This document shows, in pieces, positions 8,185 to 16,822 of a stretch of 56,512 nt of DNA; positions within the stretch are counted from its first letter, which is position 1, and each line of letters starts with the position of its first letter. Origin of the DNA: Candidatus Hadarchaeota archaeon (GTDB lineage Archaea > Hadarchaeota > Hadarchaeia > Hadarchaeales > Hadarchaeaceae); NCBI GenBank assembly GCA_964514965.1, contig CAZETV010000002.1, positions 188,545 through 245,056 of the forward strand. The letters are read 5' to 3'. The notes beneath the pieces were generated by a model. The model saw nothing but the letters and a program-made list of their open reading frames with translations. It was not told where the DNA came from and did not search any database. A program made the translations under genes and the position numbers.

Positions 8185-8544
8185 ATGATGGTAGCTATCG
8201 CCCCGACAAGGGAGGGCCCGAGCGACTTAGCTCAAACAATCGAGAAGATTCTCGACAAGGGACTCGTGCTAGACGCCGACATCGCGGTTTCGGTCGCCGG
8301 TACCGAGTTGCTGGGCATAAAGATTCGCGCCGCACTCGCCTCTTTCGAAACCGCCGCGAAATATGGTCTCGAGTTTCCGAGCGGCGTCAACCTCAATGCC
8401 CCTGCATGGAAAGAGATAAACGTGAAAAAGGCGAAGTGCCCGGGCTGTGGAAACGAGTGTCCGGAGGAGGAGCTGCTCAAGCGGGGTTGTCCAATCTGTG
8501 GCTGGATGAGCCCGCTGAAGCCAAGACAGGCCCCGATCCCCTAG
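8185..8544 (+). CDS. gvpJ: GvpA-family (GvpJ-position) protein with a C-terminal CxxC...CxxC zinc ribbon.
   Basis: LAQTIEKILDKGLVLDADIAVSVAGTELLGIKIRAALASFETA is the GvpA/J/M core. C-terminal CPGCGNECPEEELLKRGCPICGW. Confidence 0.75.
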   Translation: MMVAIAPTREGPSDLAQTIEKILDKGLVLDADIAVSVAGTELLGIKIRAALASFETAAKYGLEFPSGVNLNAPAWKEINVKKAKCPGCGNECPEEELLKRGCPICGWMSPLKPRQAPIP

Positions 8545-8553
8545 GTGGTAAAC

Positions 8554-8868
8554 ATGGCAATCGAGATCGATGAGTACAACCTCAAACAAGGGTTGCTGGG
8601 GCTGGTAGTCGCTCTCGCCGAAGTCATCCAAGAGGTGCTCGAGCACCAAGCGCTGCGGAGGATGGAGTCGGGTGGGCTGACCGATGCTGAGGTGGAGCGG
8701 CTCGGCAACGCTCTCATCGAGCTCGACGAGGCACTTGAACGCATCAAGCGGGAGAACGGAATCGAGGAGTGCGTGAGGTCCGTGCGAGATGGGCTCGACC
8801 AAGTAGCGGACGAGGCCATCCGTAAGCTAGCCGACCCGCAGGAGTGGGCAAGGGAGGCCACATCGTGA
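8554..8868 (+). CDS. gvpK: GvpK gas vesicle protein.
   Basis: LLGLVVALAEVIQEVLEHQALRRMESGGLTDAEVERLGNALIELDEAL matches the GvpK signature. GGTGG SD 5 nt upstream of ATG 8554. Confidence 0.8.
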   Translation: MAIEIDEYNLKQGLLGLVVALAEVIQEVLEHQALRRMESGGLTDAEVERLGNALIELDEALERIKRENGIEECVRSVRDGLDQVADEAIRKLADPQEWAREATS

Positions 8869-9653
8869 ACGGAACCCAAAAAGCGACCGAGGGGAGGTAC
8901 CTATACTGTATAGCCAGCTGCGGCGATGGGTTGTCACTGGGAGAGATAGGGATAGACAAGGGCCAAGTTTACACGATTACGCATAACGACATCGCTGCAG
9001 TAGTACACGTTTGCCCGCCCAAGCCCTATGAGTCCAAGGACGAGGAGCGCGTGAAGCGCTGGGTCTTCACCCACAACTACATCATCGACCAAGCCACCAA
9101 GCGATTCGGCACGGTGCTGCCTTTCTCTTTCGATTCTATCGTCAAGGGGGACGACGACGCGGTGGAGGGATGGCTGAGCGAGAATTACTCCCGATTTAAA
9201 GGTGAGCTCGAGAGGCTCAGAGGGAAGTCGGAACACACGGTACAGATCTTCTGTGACGCCTCCTTGTTAGCGCGGAGGATTGAAAAAGACAACCAGGAGA
9301 TTGGGTGGCTCGCGGAAGAGATCAAAGTAGCTCCCAAGGGAAAAGCCCACCTACTCGAACGGAAGCTCCAAAAGATGATTAGGGAGGCCGTGGCAGCTCA
9401 GGTTCGCGATTGGTCCAAAAAGTTCCATGTGCAGATAGAAGAACATGTCGAGGAGGCGAGGGAGGAGCGAAGCAGGTTCGTGCCCGAGCGGTTCAAGGAT
9501 AAGAAACTCGTGCTAGGCCTATCGTGCTTGGTCAGCGAGGGGAAAGTCGAAAAACTCGGAGAGGTGCTCCGCCAAATAAACGAGCAAGAAGGGTTCTCGG
9601 TGCGGTTCACGGGGCCTTGGGCGCCATTCAGCTTTGTGAGGTTGACCAAATGA
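8865..9653 (+). CDS. gvpL: GvpL (second GvpF/L-family protein).
   Basis: GRYLYCIASCGDG...HNDIAAVVHVCPPKPY...TGPWAPFSFV. GTG start at 8865 overlaps the gvpK TGA (GTGA), with GGGAGG SD upstream. The track ORF uses an earlier GTG at 8844. Confidence 0.8.
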   Translation: MNGTQKATEGRYLYCIASCGDGLSLGEIGIDKGQVYTITHNDIAAVVHVCPPKPYESKDEERVKRWVFTHNYIIDQATKRFGTVLPFSFDSIVKGDDDAVEGWLSENYSRFKGELERLRGKSEHTVQIFCDASLLARRIEKDNQEIGWLAEEIKVAPKGKAHLLERKLQKMIREAVAAQVRDWSKKFHVQIEEHVEEAREERSRFVPERFKDKKLVLGLSCLVSEGKVEKLGEVLRQINEQEGFSVRFTGPWAPFSFVRLTK

Positions 9654-9883
9654 GGCCGACGCGGGAGTGCGGGCTCGTCGAGTTGCTCGATAAGATTTTG
9701 GACAAGGGCGTGGTGCTCAACGCAGATGTTATCATCTCGGTCGCTGGGGTTCCACTGGTGGGGGTGAGCCTCCGCGCTGCGCTTGCCGGAATCGAAACGA
9801 TGTTGGACTACGGCATAATGGAGGCTTGGGACCAGAGCATTAGGGAGCATTACTCAGAGGAGCTGGCGAAGAGAAAAGCGTAG
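9650..9883 (+). CDS. gvpM: GvpA-family (GvpM-position) minor gas vesicle protein.
   Basis: LVELLDKILDKGVVLNADVIISVAGVPLVGVSLRAALAGIETMLDYG. ATG overlaps the gvpL stop (ATGA). The track ORF 9524 is an upstream extension. Confidence 0.8.
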   Translation: MRPTRECGLVELLDKILDKGVVLNADVIISVAGVPLVGVSLRAALAGIETMLDYGIMEAWDQSIREHYSEELAKRKA

Positions 9884-9968
9884 GTGGGGCTTGCAGGGAA
9901 TGCTATTTCTGCTTGATTATGGCTGAAAAATCAAGCCACTGCTTTCTTGCATTTACCTGCTTCCTTTG

Positions 9969-10274
9969 TTAAAGCTCTCGATACGCTTCGTTGACCGCCC
10001 GAAGCCGCTCGAAGTCCTCCGCAAGGATGCAGAGGCAGCGTTCCCCCCTCACAAGAAATAGCTTGAAACCAAGTACGCCACCTCTGCCCACGATTTTTGG
10101 CTTGCTGAGTGGCTTCACCTTGGCCCTCCCCCTAGACAGCGCCTTGTAAGCTTCATTAATTTTCAGTAGTCTCTCGATGTCCCTTGCCGAGATAAATAAA
10201 TAGTCGCCTTTTTGCCCGGTGATTCTGAATGGCTCCTCGGTCCCTCGCTTACCTATAACCTTTATCCTCTTCAA
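9969..10274 (-). CDS. Standalone protein made of two copies of the ~45-aa domain also found at the N-terminus of GvpF (5621).
   Basis: IKVIGKRGTEEPFRITGQKGDYLFISARDIERLLKINEAYKAL plus KPKIVGRGGVLGFKLFLVRGERCLCILAEDFERLRAVNEAYREL. Convergent with gvpM. Confidence 0.55.
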   Translation of the reverse strand: MKRIKVIGKRGTEEPFRITGQKGDYLFISARDIERLLKINEAYKALSRGRAKVKPLSKPKIVGRGGVLGFKLFLVRGERCLCILAEDFERLRAVNEAYREL

Positions 10275-10385
10275 CGCTCTTACCGCCAGAGGTTCACCTT
10301 CATCCAGTCCCTCTTACCCATAGGGTTTTTCCATTTCCTTTCGCCCTTCGACATATCGCATGAACTCCCGCATGATGTCCTCGTA

Positions 10386-12551
10386 CTACCTTACCATCTC
10401 CGGAGTCATCGTCGGTCGAACCTTCTTTATCGCCCCATCGAAGTGCTTGCACTCGATCCGCTTGTCCTTGAGCGCCTTCCGCATCGCTTCCTTAGTCATC
10501 CCGGGCTTAATCGCCTCCCGGAGCGAGAGCATCACTGCCTCCCTGCATATCGCCGCTATGTCCGCGCCCACGTAGCCTTCGGTCCCCTTGGCGAGCGCGC
10601 TCAAGGAAACGTCCTTTGCAAGAGGTTTCTCCTTGAGGTGGACCTTGAAGATTTCCTCGCGCTCCTTCGGGTCGGGAGGTAGAACGTAAATCAGCCTGTC
10701 GATTCGGCCCGGCCTCAGCAGCGCCCGGTCGATCATGTCGGGCCGGTTGCTAGCGCACAGCACGAGCACATCCTTCAGCTCCTCCAACCCATCGAGTTCG
10801 GTCAACATCTGACTAACGACGCGCTCGGAGACATGCGAGTCGAAACTCACCGCGCGCGTCGGGCACATCGCATCGATTTCATCGAAAAAGACGATGCAGG
10901 GGCTTGCTTGCCTCGCCTTCCTGAACATCTCCCTCACGCCCCGCTCGCTCTCGCCAACCCACTTCGACAGCAGCTCTGGGCCTTTAATCGAGATGAAGTT
11001 CGCCTCGCTCTCGGTCGCGACGGCCTTCGCCAGCATTGTCTTGCCAGTGCCGGGGGGTCCGAACAATAAAATCCCCTTGGGGGGCTTGGTCTTGAAGCGC
11101 TCGAAAGCTTCGGGGTACTTGAGTGGCCACTCCACCGCCTCGATCAGCTCCTGTTTTGCCTGCTCCAAGCCGCCTATGTCATCCCAGTGCACGTTGGGGG
11201 CTTCGATGAACACCTCCCGCATCGCGCTGGGAGTCACAGTCTTGAACGCATTTGAAAAATCATTCATCGTGACTTCAAGTGCCTCAATGATCTCAGCTGG
11301 AATCTCCTTCTCGATCTCGATTTTCGGCAGGATCTTGCGCAGGGCGCTCATCGCCGCCTCCTTGCATAGCCCAGCGAGGTCAGCGCCTACAAAGCCGTGA
11401 GTTATGTCGGCGAGGTAGTTGAGGTTGACATCTTCTGTGAGTGGCATCCCGCGCGTGTGGATCTGCAGGATCTCGTAGCGCCCGTTTCGGTCTGGGATGC
11501 CTATCTCGATTTCGCGGTCGAATCTTCCTCCTCGGCGCAACGCCTCATCGAGAAGGTTGGGTTGGTTAGTTGCACCAATTACAACAACTTTTCCGCGCGT
11601 CTTAAGACCATCCATCAGCGAGAGAAGTTGCGCCACCACCCGCCGCTCAACCATCCGCTCCCCAGTCATCTCCGAGCGTTTTGGGGCAATCGCGTCTATC
11701 TCATCGATTAGGACGATCGCTGGAGGGTTCGCCTCCGCCTGCTCGAATATCTCCCTGAGGCGGGCCTCTGACTCCCCATAGTACTTACCGATCACTTCTG
11801 GACCCGAGACGAAAACGAAGTTCGCATCGGTCTCGTTTGCTACCGCCTTCGCTATTAGCGTTTTGCCTGTGCCTGGGGGGCCATGGAGCAGTACCCCTTT
11901 AGGGGGCTCAATCCCCAGCCTCTGAAAGAGTTCGGGATGCTTTAGCGGTAGCTCGATCATCTCACGGATGAGTCCTACCTCGCGCTTCAGCCCGCCGATG
12001 TCCTCGTAGGTGACGTAGGTCCGCATAGCCTCGATTGGCTTCTCTGCGAGCGTGACCTCGGTCTCCGGGACAACGATAACAACGCCCGTGGGCTGGGTGG
12101 AGGTGACGATGAAAGTAAGTGGTCTACCTAGAATATCGACTCGAATTTGCTGGTCCTTGATGATCGGCTGCCCCTCGAGCACCTTGCGGATGTACTCGTC
12201 GCCCTCCACTATCCTTATCGGCTCCGTGGGGGCAACACTTATTCTCCTCGCCTTCTCGGCGGCGGCCTTCCTGATCTCAACCCGCTCACCGATTCCAATG
12301 CTTGCGTTGCTCCGAATGTTACCATCGATCCGAATTATCCCACTGCCCGAATCCTCGGGATAGCACGGCCAAACAATCGCGTAAGCAGACCCCTTCCCCT
12401 TAATCTCGACGATGTCCCCGCTGACCATACCTAACTTTTTCATCACCTCTGAGTCTACCCGCGCTATCCCCCGACCTGCGTCGCGGTGCTTCGCCTCAGC
12501 AACTAGCAGGATTTGGGGCACGTTACCACGATTTTGTTCTCGCTTCCTCAA
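10386..12551 (-). CDS. cdc48: CDC48/VCP-type AAA+ ATPase (N-domain plus two AAA modules).
   Basis: Two Walker A sites (GPPGTGKT twice), SRH motifs, N-terminal double-psi barrel region. 721 aa. Confidence 0.9.
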   Translation of the reverse strand: MRKREQNRGNVPQILLVAEAKHRDAGRGIARVDSEVMKKLGMVSGDIVEIKGKGSAYAIVWPCYPEDSGSGIIRIDGNIRSNASIGIGERVEIRKAAAEKARRISVAPTEPIRIVEGDEYIRKVLEGQPIIKDQQIRVDILGRPLTFIVTSTQPTGVVIVVPETEVTLAEKPIEAMRTYVTYEDIGGLKREVGLIREMIELPLKHPELFQRLGIEPPKGVLLHGPPGTGKTLIAKAVANETDANFVFVSGPEVIGKYYGESEARLREIFEQAEANPPAIVLIDEIDAIAPKRSEMTGERMVERRVVAQLLSLMDGLKTRGKVVVIGATNQPNLLDEALRRGGRFDREIEIGIPDRNGRYEILQIHTRGMPLTEDVNLNYLADITHGFVGADLAGLCKEAAMSALRKILPKIEIEKEIPAEIIEALEVTMNDFSNAFKTVTPSAMREVFIEAPNVHWDDIGGLEQAKQELIEAVEWPLKYPEAFERFKTKPPKGILLFGPPGTGKTMLAKAVATESEANFISIKGPELLSKWVGESERGVREMFRKARQASPCIVFFDEIDAMCPTRAVSFDSHVSERVVSQMLTELDGLEELKDVLVLCASNRPDMIDRALLRPGRIDRLIYVLPPDPKEREEIFKVHLKEKPLAKDVSLSALAKGTEGYVGADIAAICREAVMLSLREAIKPGMTKEAMRKALKDKRIECKHFDGAIKKVRPTMTPEMVR

Positions 12552-12585
12552 CCTTTAAACGTGAAAAAAATGTGCTCGATACGGG

Positions 12586-12873
12586 TCATGTCATAAATTC
12601 TAATCCCTCTCGATCAGACCTGCGCCTTACCCGCACCTGATTGAACCCCTGTACTCCGCCATCCTCGCTGAGCGAGAGTTCGTACCTGCCGATCAAATCC
12701 TGAGCGTCGGGTATCGCTTTTCGCTCGAGCACTTCAACGAGCAGTTTCCACCCTCCCCCCTTCTCCTTCGAGACACCGATCACCGACTCAAACGGTTTCT
12801 TTATTGTCTCCTTGACAAATGCCGGAGCCATGTCAACTATCTCGACCGCTTTCCTCTCTTTTTTCTCCGCCAT
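12586..12873 (-). CDS. gvpO: GvpO-like gas vesicle protein.
   Basis: MAEKKERKAVEIV...GGGWKLLVEVLERKAIPDAQDLIGRYELSLSEDGGVQGFNQVRVRRRSD. GGAGGT SD before this ATG. The track ORF 12586..13020 is an upstream extension. Confidence 0.6.
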   Translation of the reverse strand: MAEKKERKAVEIVDMAPAFVKETIKKPFESVIGVSKEKGGGWKLLVEVLERKAIPDAQDLIGRYELSLSEDGGVQGFNQVRVRRRSDREGLEFMT

Positions 12874-12883
12874 GTTTAACCTC

Positions 12884-13249
12884 CTACGGCACGTAGATGT
12901 AGCCACCGCGCTTGTAGGGTACCACCTTGACGCTTTTGCCCTTCCAGTTCGCAACCCCCTCACGGACGTTATAGCGCTCCACATCTTTGGCCAGCTTGTA
13001 GTATTTGAGGAACTTCGCAAATCGCTGCTGCTTGGCCCTGCCGCCCGCGCGGAGCGCCGATGTGCTGAAAGTGCCGTCCGATTTTAGTCGTAAGTAAAAC
13101 GTCGTGCTCACGGTTCGCCCGTCTGGAGTTTTAGCCGCCACTATTACAGCATCGGTGTCTGCGATTGTCAGCCCTGGTGGCTTCTTCCGCCATAGCTTGC
13201 TTATCTTGCAGACCCTTACATCCTCTATCGTCGCACTCAACCTTTCCAT
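12884..13249 (-). CDS. Hypothetical gvp-associated protein inserted between gvpN and gvpO.
   Basis: 121 aa, no family recognised. Tightly packed in the gvpA-C-C-N-?-O operon. Confidence 0.4.
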   Translation of the reverse strand: MERLSATIEDVRVCKISKLWRKKPPGLTIADTDAVIVAAKTPDGRTVSTTFYLRLKSDGTFSTSALRAGGRAKQQRFAKFLKYYKLAKDVERYNVREGVANWKGKSVKVVPYKRGGYIYVP

Positions 13250-13259
13250 AACCTCACCC

Positions 13260-14288
13260 CTAACTTGGTATCACCTCTTTCACGAGGCGTTGCTTATTGA
13301 CAAGATCGACGGGCCCCTTAACCTTCGTCGCTAAGATATCGAGAACCAGTTCTTCGAGCCGCTTCTCGCCGTCGCCTAGCACCATGAGTCCTTGAGCGAC
13401 CATTATACAGGCCCGCGTCCCAGGCTTCTCGGCATCGGGCAGTTTTTCCCTTATCTTTCTGATAATCTCCACTATCCTCCGCGCATCTGCGTCGGATACT
13501 CCCGAATGCGCCGTCGTGATCTCCACCTCGGTCTCTGGGTCGTAGAAGTCCATGTAGATTCCAACGGTGCGATCAAGCAGCGCGTCCTGCGGGCGGTGCA
13601 CCCCGGCGTAGTCGACCGAGTTGCTCGTGAATATCGCCATGAATTCCGGATGGGCCTTGATGTATCGCTCCTCGCCGAATCGCGTGGGGAGTTCCAGCAC
13701 GCCCTCTTGGAACACCGAAAGCAGGACGTTGTTAGCTTCAGGCTTCGCTCGGGAGAAATCGTTATAGACGAAGATGTAACCATTCTTGCACGCGATCGTC
13801 AGCGGGTTGTCCACCCAACCAGCTTTCAGGATATTTTTCGCCTTGAGGACGGTGTGAACGTAACGGTCGCGGATGCTCTCACTCTCCACCTGTGAGTAAC
13901 CACCAACGAGATCAGTCGTAGTCATTGACTCGTCTCCGTTCAGCCAGACCGTCGGCTTTCCCAGCTCTTCGGCCACTTTCATCGCGAGCGTGGTCTTCCC
14001 GCAGCCGGTCGGGCCAATGATGTGAACAGGGTAGCCGGCGTTGAGCCAGAGCTTCACCTTCTCCTTGAGTTTTTTGACTTGCTCGGTCTCGACGAAATGC
14101 TCGACCTTCGGCATCAGGTATCTGGTCTCCACCGTTTCAGCAGCGAGTTCAGGTCTCACAGTAATCGCTCGCTTAACGAATTCCGCGCGCTTCGCACGTT
14201 CCTCGCGCCACCGCTCTTTTGCCTCCTCCAAGGTCTCGGTGATTCGCTCTCCCCTGACTTTCTTAGGATGGGCCCGTCTCCATCTCAC
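13260..14288 (-). CDS. gvpN: GvpN AAA+ (MoxR/CbbQ-like) gas vesicle ATPase.
   Basis: VHIIGPTGCGKTTLAMKVAEELGKPTVWLNGDESMTTTDLVGGY... Single AAA module, 342 aa. Confidence 0.85.
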   Translation of the reverse strand: MRWRRAHPKKVRGERITETLEEAKERWREERAKRAEFVKRAITVRPELAAETVETRYLMPKVEHFVETEQVKKLKEKVKLWLNAGYPVHIIGPTGCGKTTLAMKVAEELGKPTVWLNGDESMTTTDLVGGYSQVESESIRDRYVHTVLKAKNILKAGWVDNPLTIACKNGYIFVYNDFSRAKPEANNVLLSVFQEGVLELPTRFGEERYIKAHPEFMAIFTSNSVDYAGVHRPQDALLDRTVGIYMDFYDPETEVEITTAHSGVSDADARRIVEIIRKIREKLPDAEKPGTRACIMVAQGLMVLGDGEKRLEELVLDILATKVKGPVDLVNKQRLVKEVIPS

Positions 14289-14397
14289 ATAATTGCCTCC
14301 GCTAACCCCTCCATGATAGGCTTATTTAGTTTTTCGTTTCGAAATTCGATATATCTAAGAAGTAAAATTTGAAAAAAGTAAGGGAATCAACCGTTAG

Positions 14398-14595
14398 CTA
14401 CTCGTACCAAAAGTCATTTACGTACTTGCCCACATCTTCTTTGTGGTATCTTTCAATCTCGTTTTGAAATTTTTTGGCTTCTCCGAGTAACTCCTTAGCG
14501 CCCCGTTCGATTTTTTTCACCGCAGCATCAATCGCTGCGCGCTTCGCCATCACGCCAGTCTTTTCCTTTTCAGCCACCCTGCGCCCCCCTAACAA
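14398..14595 (-). CDS. Small alpha-helical GvpC-like or gvp-associated protein (paralogue of 14637..15065).
   Basis: C-terminus AKKFQNEIERYHKEDVGKYVNDFWYE parallels ...KRLGNEFKRYRKEDFSNAIQNFWYG of the neighbour. Position between gvpA and gvpN is where gvpC sits. Confidence 0.4.
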   Translation of the reverse strand: MLGGRRVAEKEKTGVMAKRAAIDAAVKKIERGAKELLGEAKKFQNEIERYHKEDVGKYVNDFWYE

Positions 14596-14636
14596 TCATA
14601 ATTTGATAATAAATAAAAATAAAAGAAAGGGGTAAT

Positions 14637-15065
14637 CTAACCGTACCAGAAGTTTTGGATAGCGTTACTGAAGTCTTCTTTCCTGTACCGCTTGAACTCG
14701 TTGCCTAACCGCTTGCATTCGTTGCTTAACTTCTTTGCATTGCTCAGGATTTGTTCGGTCCCCTTGCCGATCTTCGCTACTGCCTCCTCGTTCTCTTTGA
14801 CTTGCGCTTGGATCGCCGACTGAAGTTCACCTGCCCCAGTCTCTATCTTTTTGACAGCTTCCTCCACTTTATTGGTTGTCTCTTTAACTGCTGCTGTCAT
14901 CTGCTTGACTCCCTCGGTCATTCGTCTCTCTCCTTCTTTGTAAATGTCTTTGCCTGCTTTTTGAACATCTCTACTTGTCTTCTCAATCGCGGCACGCTTC
15001 GCTAAAACCCCCTTCTTCCCAATCTTCGGTTTTTCCACCTTAGGTGTATACTCCTCTTCTACCAT
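14637..15065 (-). CDS. gvpC: GvpC-like helical-repeat scaffold candidate.
   Basis: 142 aa. Repetitive Lys/Glu-rich helical segments (AKRAAIEKTSRDVQKAGKDIYKEGERRMTEGVKQMTAAVKETTNKVEEAVKKIETGAGELQ...). Directly downstream of gvpA. Confidence 0.4.
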   Translation of the reverse strand: MVEEEYTPKVEKPKIGKKGVLAKRAAIEKTSRDVQKAGKDIYKEGERRMTEGVKQMTAAVKETTNKVEEAVKKIETGAGELQSAIQAQVKENEEAVAKIGKGTEQILSNAKKLSNECKRLGNEFKRYRKEDFSNAIQNFWYG

Positions 15066-15130
15066 TTTCTACCCCCTAAATAATTGAACGGGCCCTCGCG
15101 GGGCCCGCCACGATCTCAGGCCGAGGCTCT

Positions 15131-15352
15131 CTAAGGCGCAGCTGGTGCACCGATCGCAGCTGCCTCGATTTTCGTCATCTCTTCCGCGTAGTGGACGAAG
15201 GTGTCGACTGACGCCACTACCACACGAGCCTCAACAGTAAGTATCTCAATTCCAACTAGCGAAACTCGTGCCCAGACATCGACGACAATCCCCTTGTCGA
15301 GGATTCGATCGAGAACCTCTGCCAAGTTACTAATTGCTGGTCTAGCTGCCAT
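15131..15352 (-). CDS. gvpA: GvpA, major gas vesicle structural protein.
   Basis: [52 protein letters not shown] is a near-canonical GvpA core. 73 aa. GGAGGT SD. Confidence 0.95.
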   Translation of the reverse strand: MAARPAISNLAEVLDRILDKGIVVDVWARVSLVGIEILTVEARVVVASVDTFVHYAEEMTKIEAAAIGAPAAP

Positions 15353-15389
15353 TTCCTAACCTCCCTATTTTTTCATATGAACTTCCCCG

Positions 15390-15818
15390 ATGTTTTTAAA
15401 CGAATTTTTTCTCGAAACTCACATCAGGAGTTGTTTTGAAATTCGAAAGTTGCATGATTCAGAAAGTTTATTTACAATCAATTCCAACTCTAAACGATGG
15501 GGTGAAGATTTGTCTGCTCGTAGAAATTTTTACAGAAGGATTGAGTTGCGCAGGGCATGGCTCGAGCGAAAGAAGCGAGCGACCGCCGCGATACAGGATC
15601 TCCGCTGGAAGCGACGGGCAGCCAAGCTGGGGAAAAAGCCTGCCCCTGAGGAAAAAGAAGCCCCAACTGAGGAAAAGGCCCCCGTGGAGGAAACCAGAGA
15701 GGAAGTTCCCGAAGAGAAAGCTCCCCAAGCGCCAAAAGATGAAGCGCCTGAGAAAAAGCCCACAGAAGAGGCGCCGCCCGAGAAGACTGGAGTCCCGCCC
15801 GCGCTCTTTCCCGAGTAA
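15390..15818 (+). CDS. Doubtful ORF: basic N-terminus plus Pro/Glu/Lys-rich low-complexity tail.
   Basis: KKPAPEEKEAPTEEKAPVEETREEVPEEKAPQAPKDEAPEKKPTEEAPPEK. Overlaps the gvpA promoter region. Three overlapping ORFs on both strands suggest compositional bias. Confidence 0.2.
   Translation: MFLNEFFLETHIRSCFEIRKLHDSESLFTINSNSKRWGEDLSARRNFYRRIELRRAWLERKKRATAAIQDLRWKRRAAKLGKKPAPEEKEAPTEEKAPVEETREEVPEEKAPQAPKDEAPEKKPTEEAPPEKTGVPPALFPE
15391..15400 (-). promoter_or_regulatory. Candidate TATA box (TTTAAAAA) of the gvpA promoter, about 40 nt upstream of the gvpA ATG.
   Basis: Minus-strand reads cgTTTAAAAAcatcggggaagttcatatgaaaaaatagGGAGGTtaggaaATG. Confidence 0.35.
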
Positions 15819-16805
15819 TCACTTCCGAATAGAATCGAGCAGATATTTTTGAGCCGAGATGAAATCGTTTATTTTATCCTCCGCCACCCGCTTGCCCTCC
15901 TCAGTCAGCGTATAGACCTTCGAGCGCAGGTTCCCAGATTTCATGTCCAGAAGCTCGCGCCTTTTCAAGTCGTACAAAAGTGGGTAAACGGTGCCCTGGC
16001 TGAGGAAGGTGTGGTACTTCCGATAAATCGTCCGGATCAGATCGTAGCCGCACATCGGGTTTCGCAATAGCAGGGAAAGGGTGATGACCTCGAGGTGCTT
16101 CTTGACGAGCCTTTCCAAGGCTTTTCTGGGAATGGTCTCGGTTGAGAGCAGGCTTGGCAACTCGGATGAGCGGTAGTTGAATATCGACATTCGGTGCTCG
16201 TTGCGCGTCGAAACCACGACGTTTTCATGGAACTCCAACAACCTTCCGACCGCGTCATCCCTCAGGAAGTTGACATTGAATGCCGTTATCATCCGAAGCG
16301 GAAGGGATGATTTCACATTTCTCTGTTTGTATCTTCTCCTACCCCAGGCCAAGGGGATCTTCTCGCCCCTCTTCTCTAGGATTCCCCTCACGCAATCGAT
16401 GATAGTGTCGAAGGTGCTACGGGTCGGCAAAGAGCCGAAGTCAATACCCACCCTTATACCTTTGCCCTCTTGGGATCTGACGCGCCTGCATAATTCCCAA
16501 ACCTTGGAATTGAGTTCTTTGATTCCCCGCAAAATCCCTCCCTTCTCCATCGGGAGGAGATACAGCTTACCGGCTTCAACATACTTCCCGAGAACGTTCT
16601 CCGGATGTAGCTGGTCCTCCGTATTGTCGTACGCGAAAATACAGAGCTCGTCGTTCTCCAAACCACTCTCGATGAAAGAGAGAAGTGCCCCATAGACCTC
16701 GGTGCCTTCCCCATACAGAAAAAGTGAACAATCGTTTTTTTTCTGCTTGAAAAGAAAGACTTTATCGCTGATTGGCAGGGACACTTGTTGACCAACAGCC
16801 GTCAT
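15819..16805 (-). CDS. Second KaiC/RecA-like (degenerate P-loop) plus PadR winged-HTH fusion regulator, divergent partner of 4274..5149.
   Basis: N-term LFLYGEGTEVYGALLSFIESGLENDELCIFAYDNTEDQL (KaiC-like). C-term LLRNPMCGYDLIRTIYRKYHTFLSQGTVYPLLYDLKRRELLDMKSGNLRSKVYTLTEEGKRV (PadR). Confidence 0.6.
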   Translation of the reverse strand: MTAVGQQVSLPISDKVFLFKQKKNDCSLFLYGEGTEVYGALLSFIESGLENDELCIFAYDNTEDQLHPENVLGKYVEAGKLYLLPMEKGGILRGIKELNSKVWELCRRVRSQEGKGIRVGIDFGSLPTRSTFDTIIDCVRGILEKRGEKIPLAWGRRRYKQRNVKSSLPLRMITAFNVNFLRDDAVGRLLEFHENVVVSTRNEHRMSIFNYRSSELPSLLSTETIPRKALERLVKKHLEVITLSLLLRNPMCGYDLIRTIYRKYHTFLSQGTVYPLLYDLKRRELLDMKSGNLRSKVYTLTEEGKRVAEDKINDFISAQKYLLDSIRK

Positions 16806-16810
16806 CGCCG

Positions 16811-16822
16811 CCCCCCCCCCCC
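16811..16822. repeat. C12 / G12 homopolymer tract beginning 6 nt upstream of the ATG of the PadR-fusion gene.
   Basis: gtcatcgccg CCCCCCCCCCCC gacg. The ATG is the revcomp of 16803-16805. Confidence 0.9.

Noticed and set aside
8181-8573. 130-aa Arg-rich ORF overlapping the gvpJ-like gene in another frame
   Set aside because: Arg-rich composition is typical of off-frame translation of GC-rich coding DNA. The overlapping frame encodes a clear GvpA-family protein.
10894-12434. Several plus-strand ORFs (10894..11400, 11397..11711, 11497..11781, 12052..12363, 12147..12434)
   Set aside because: All are antisense within the CDC48 gene and have no domain signatures.
15436-15852. Cluster of overlapping low-complexity ORFs on both strands (15436..15852, 15468..15728, 15490..15822, 15530..15763)
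   Set aside because: They come from a GA/CT-rich repetitive stretch. At most one (15390..15818) could be real, and even that is doubtful.
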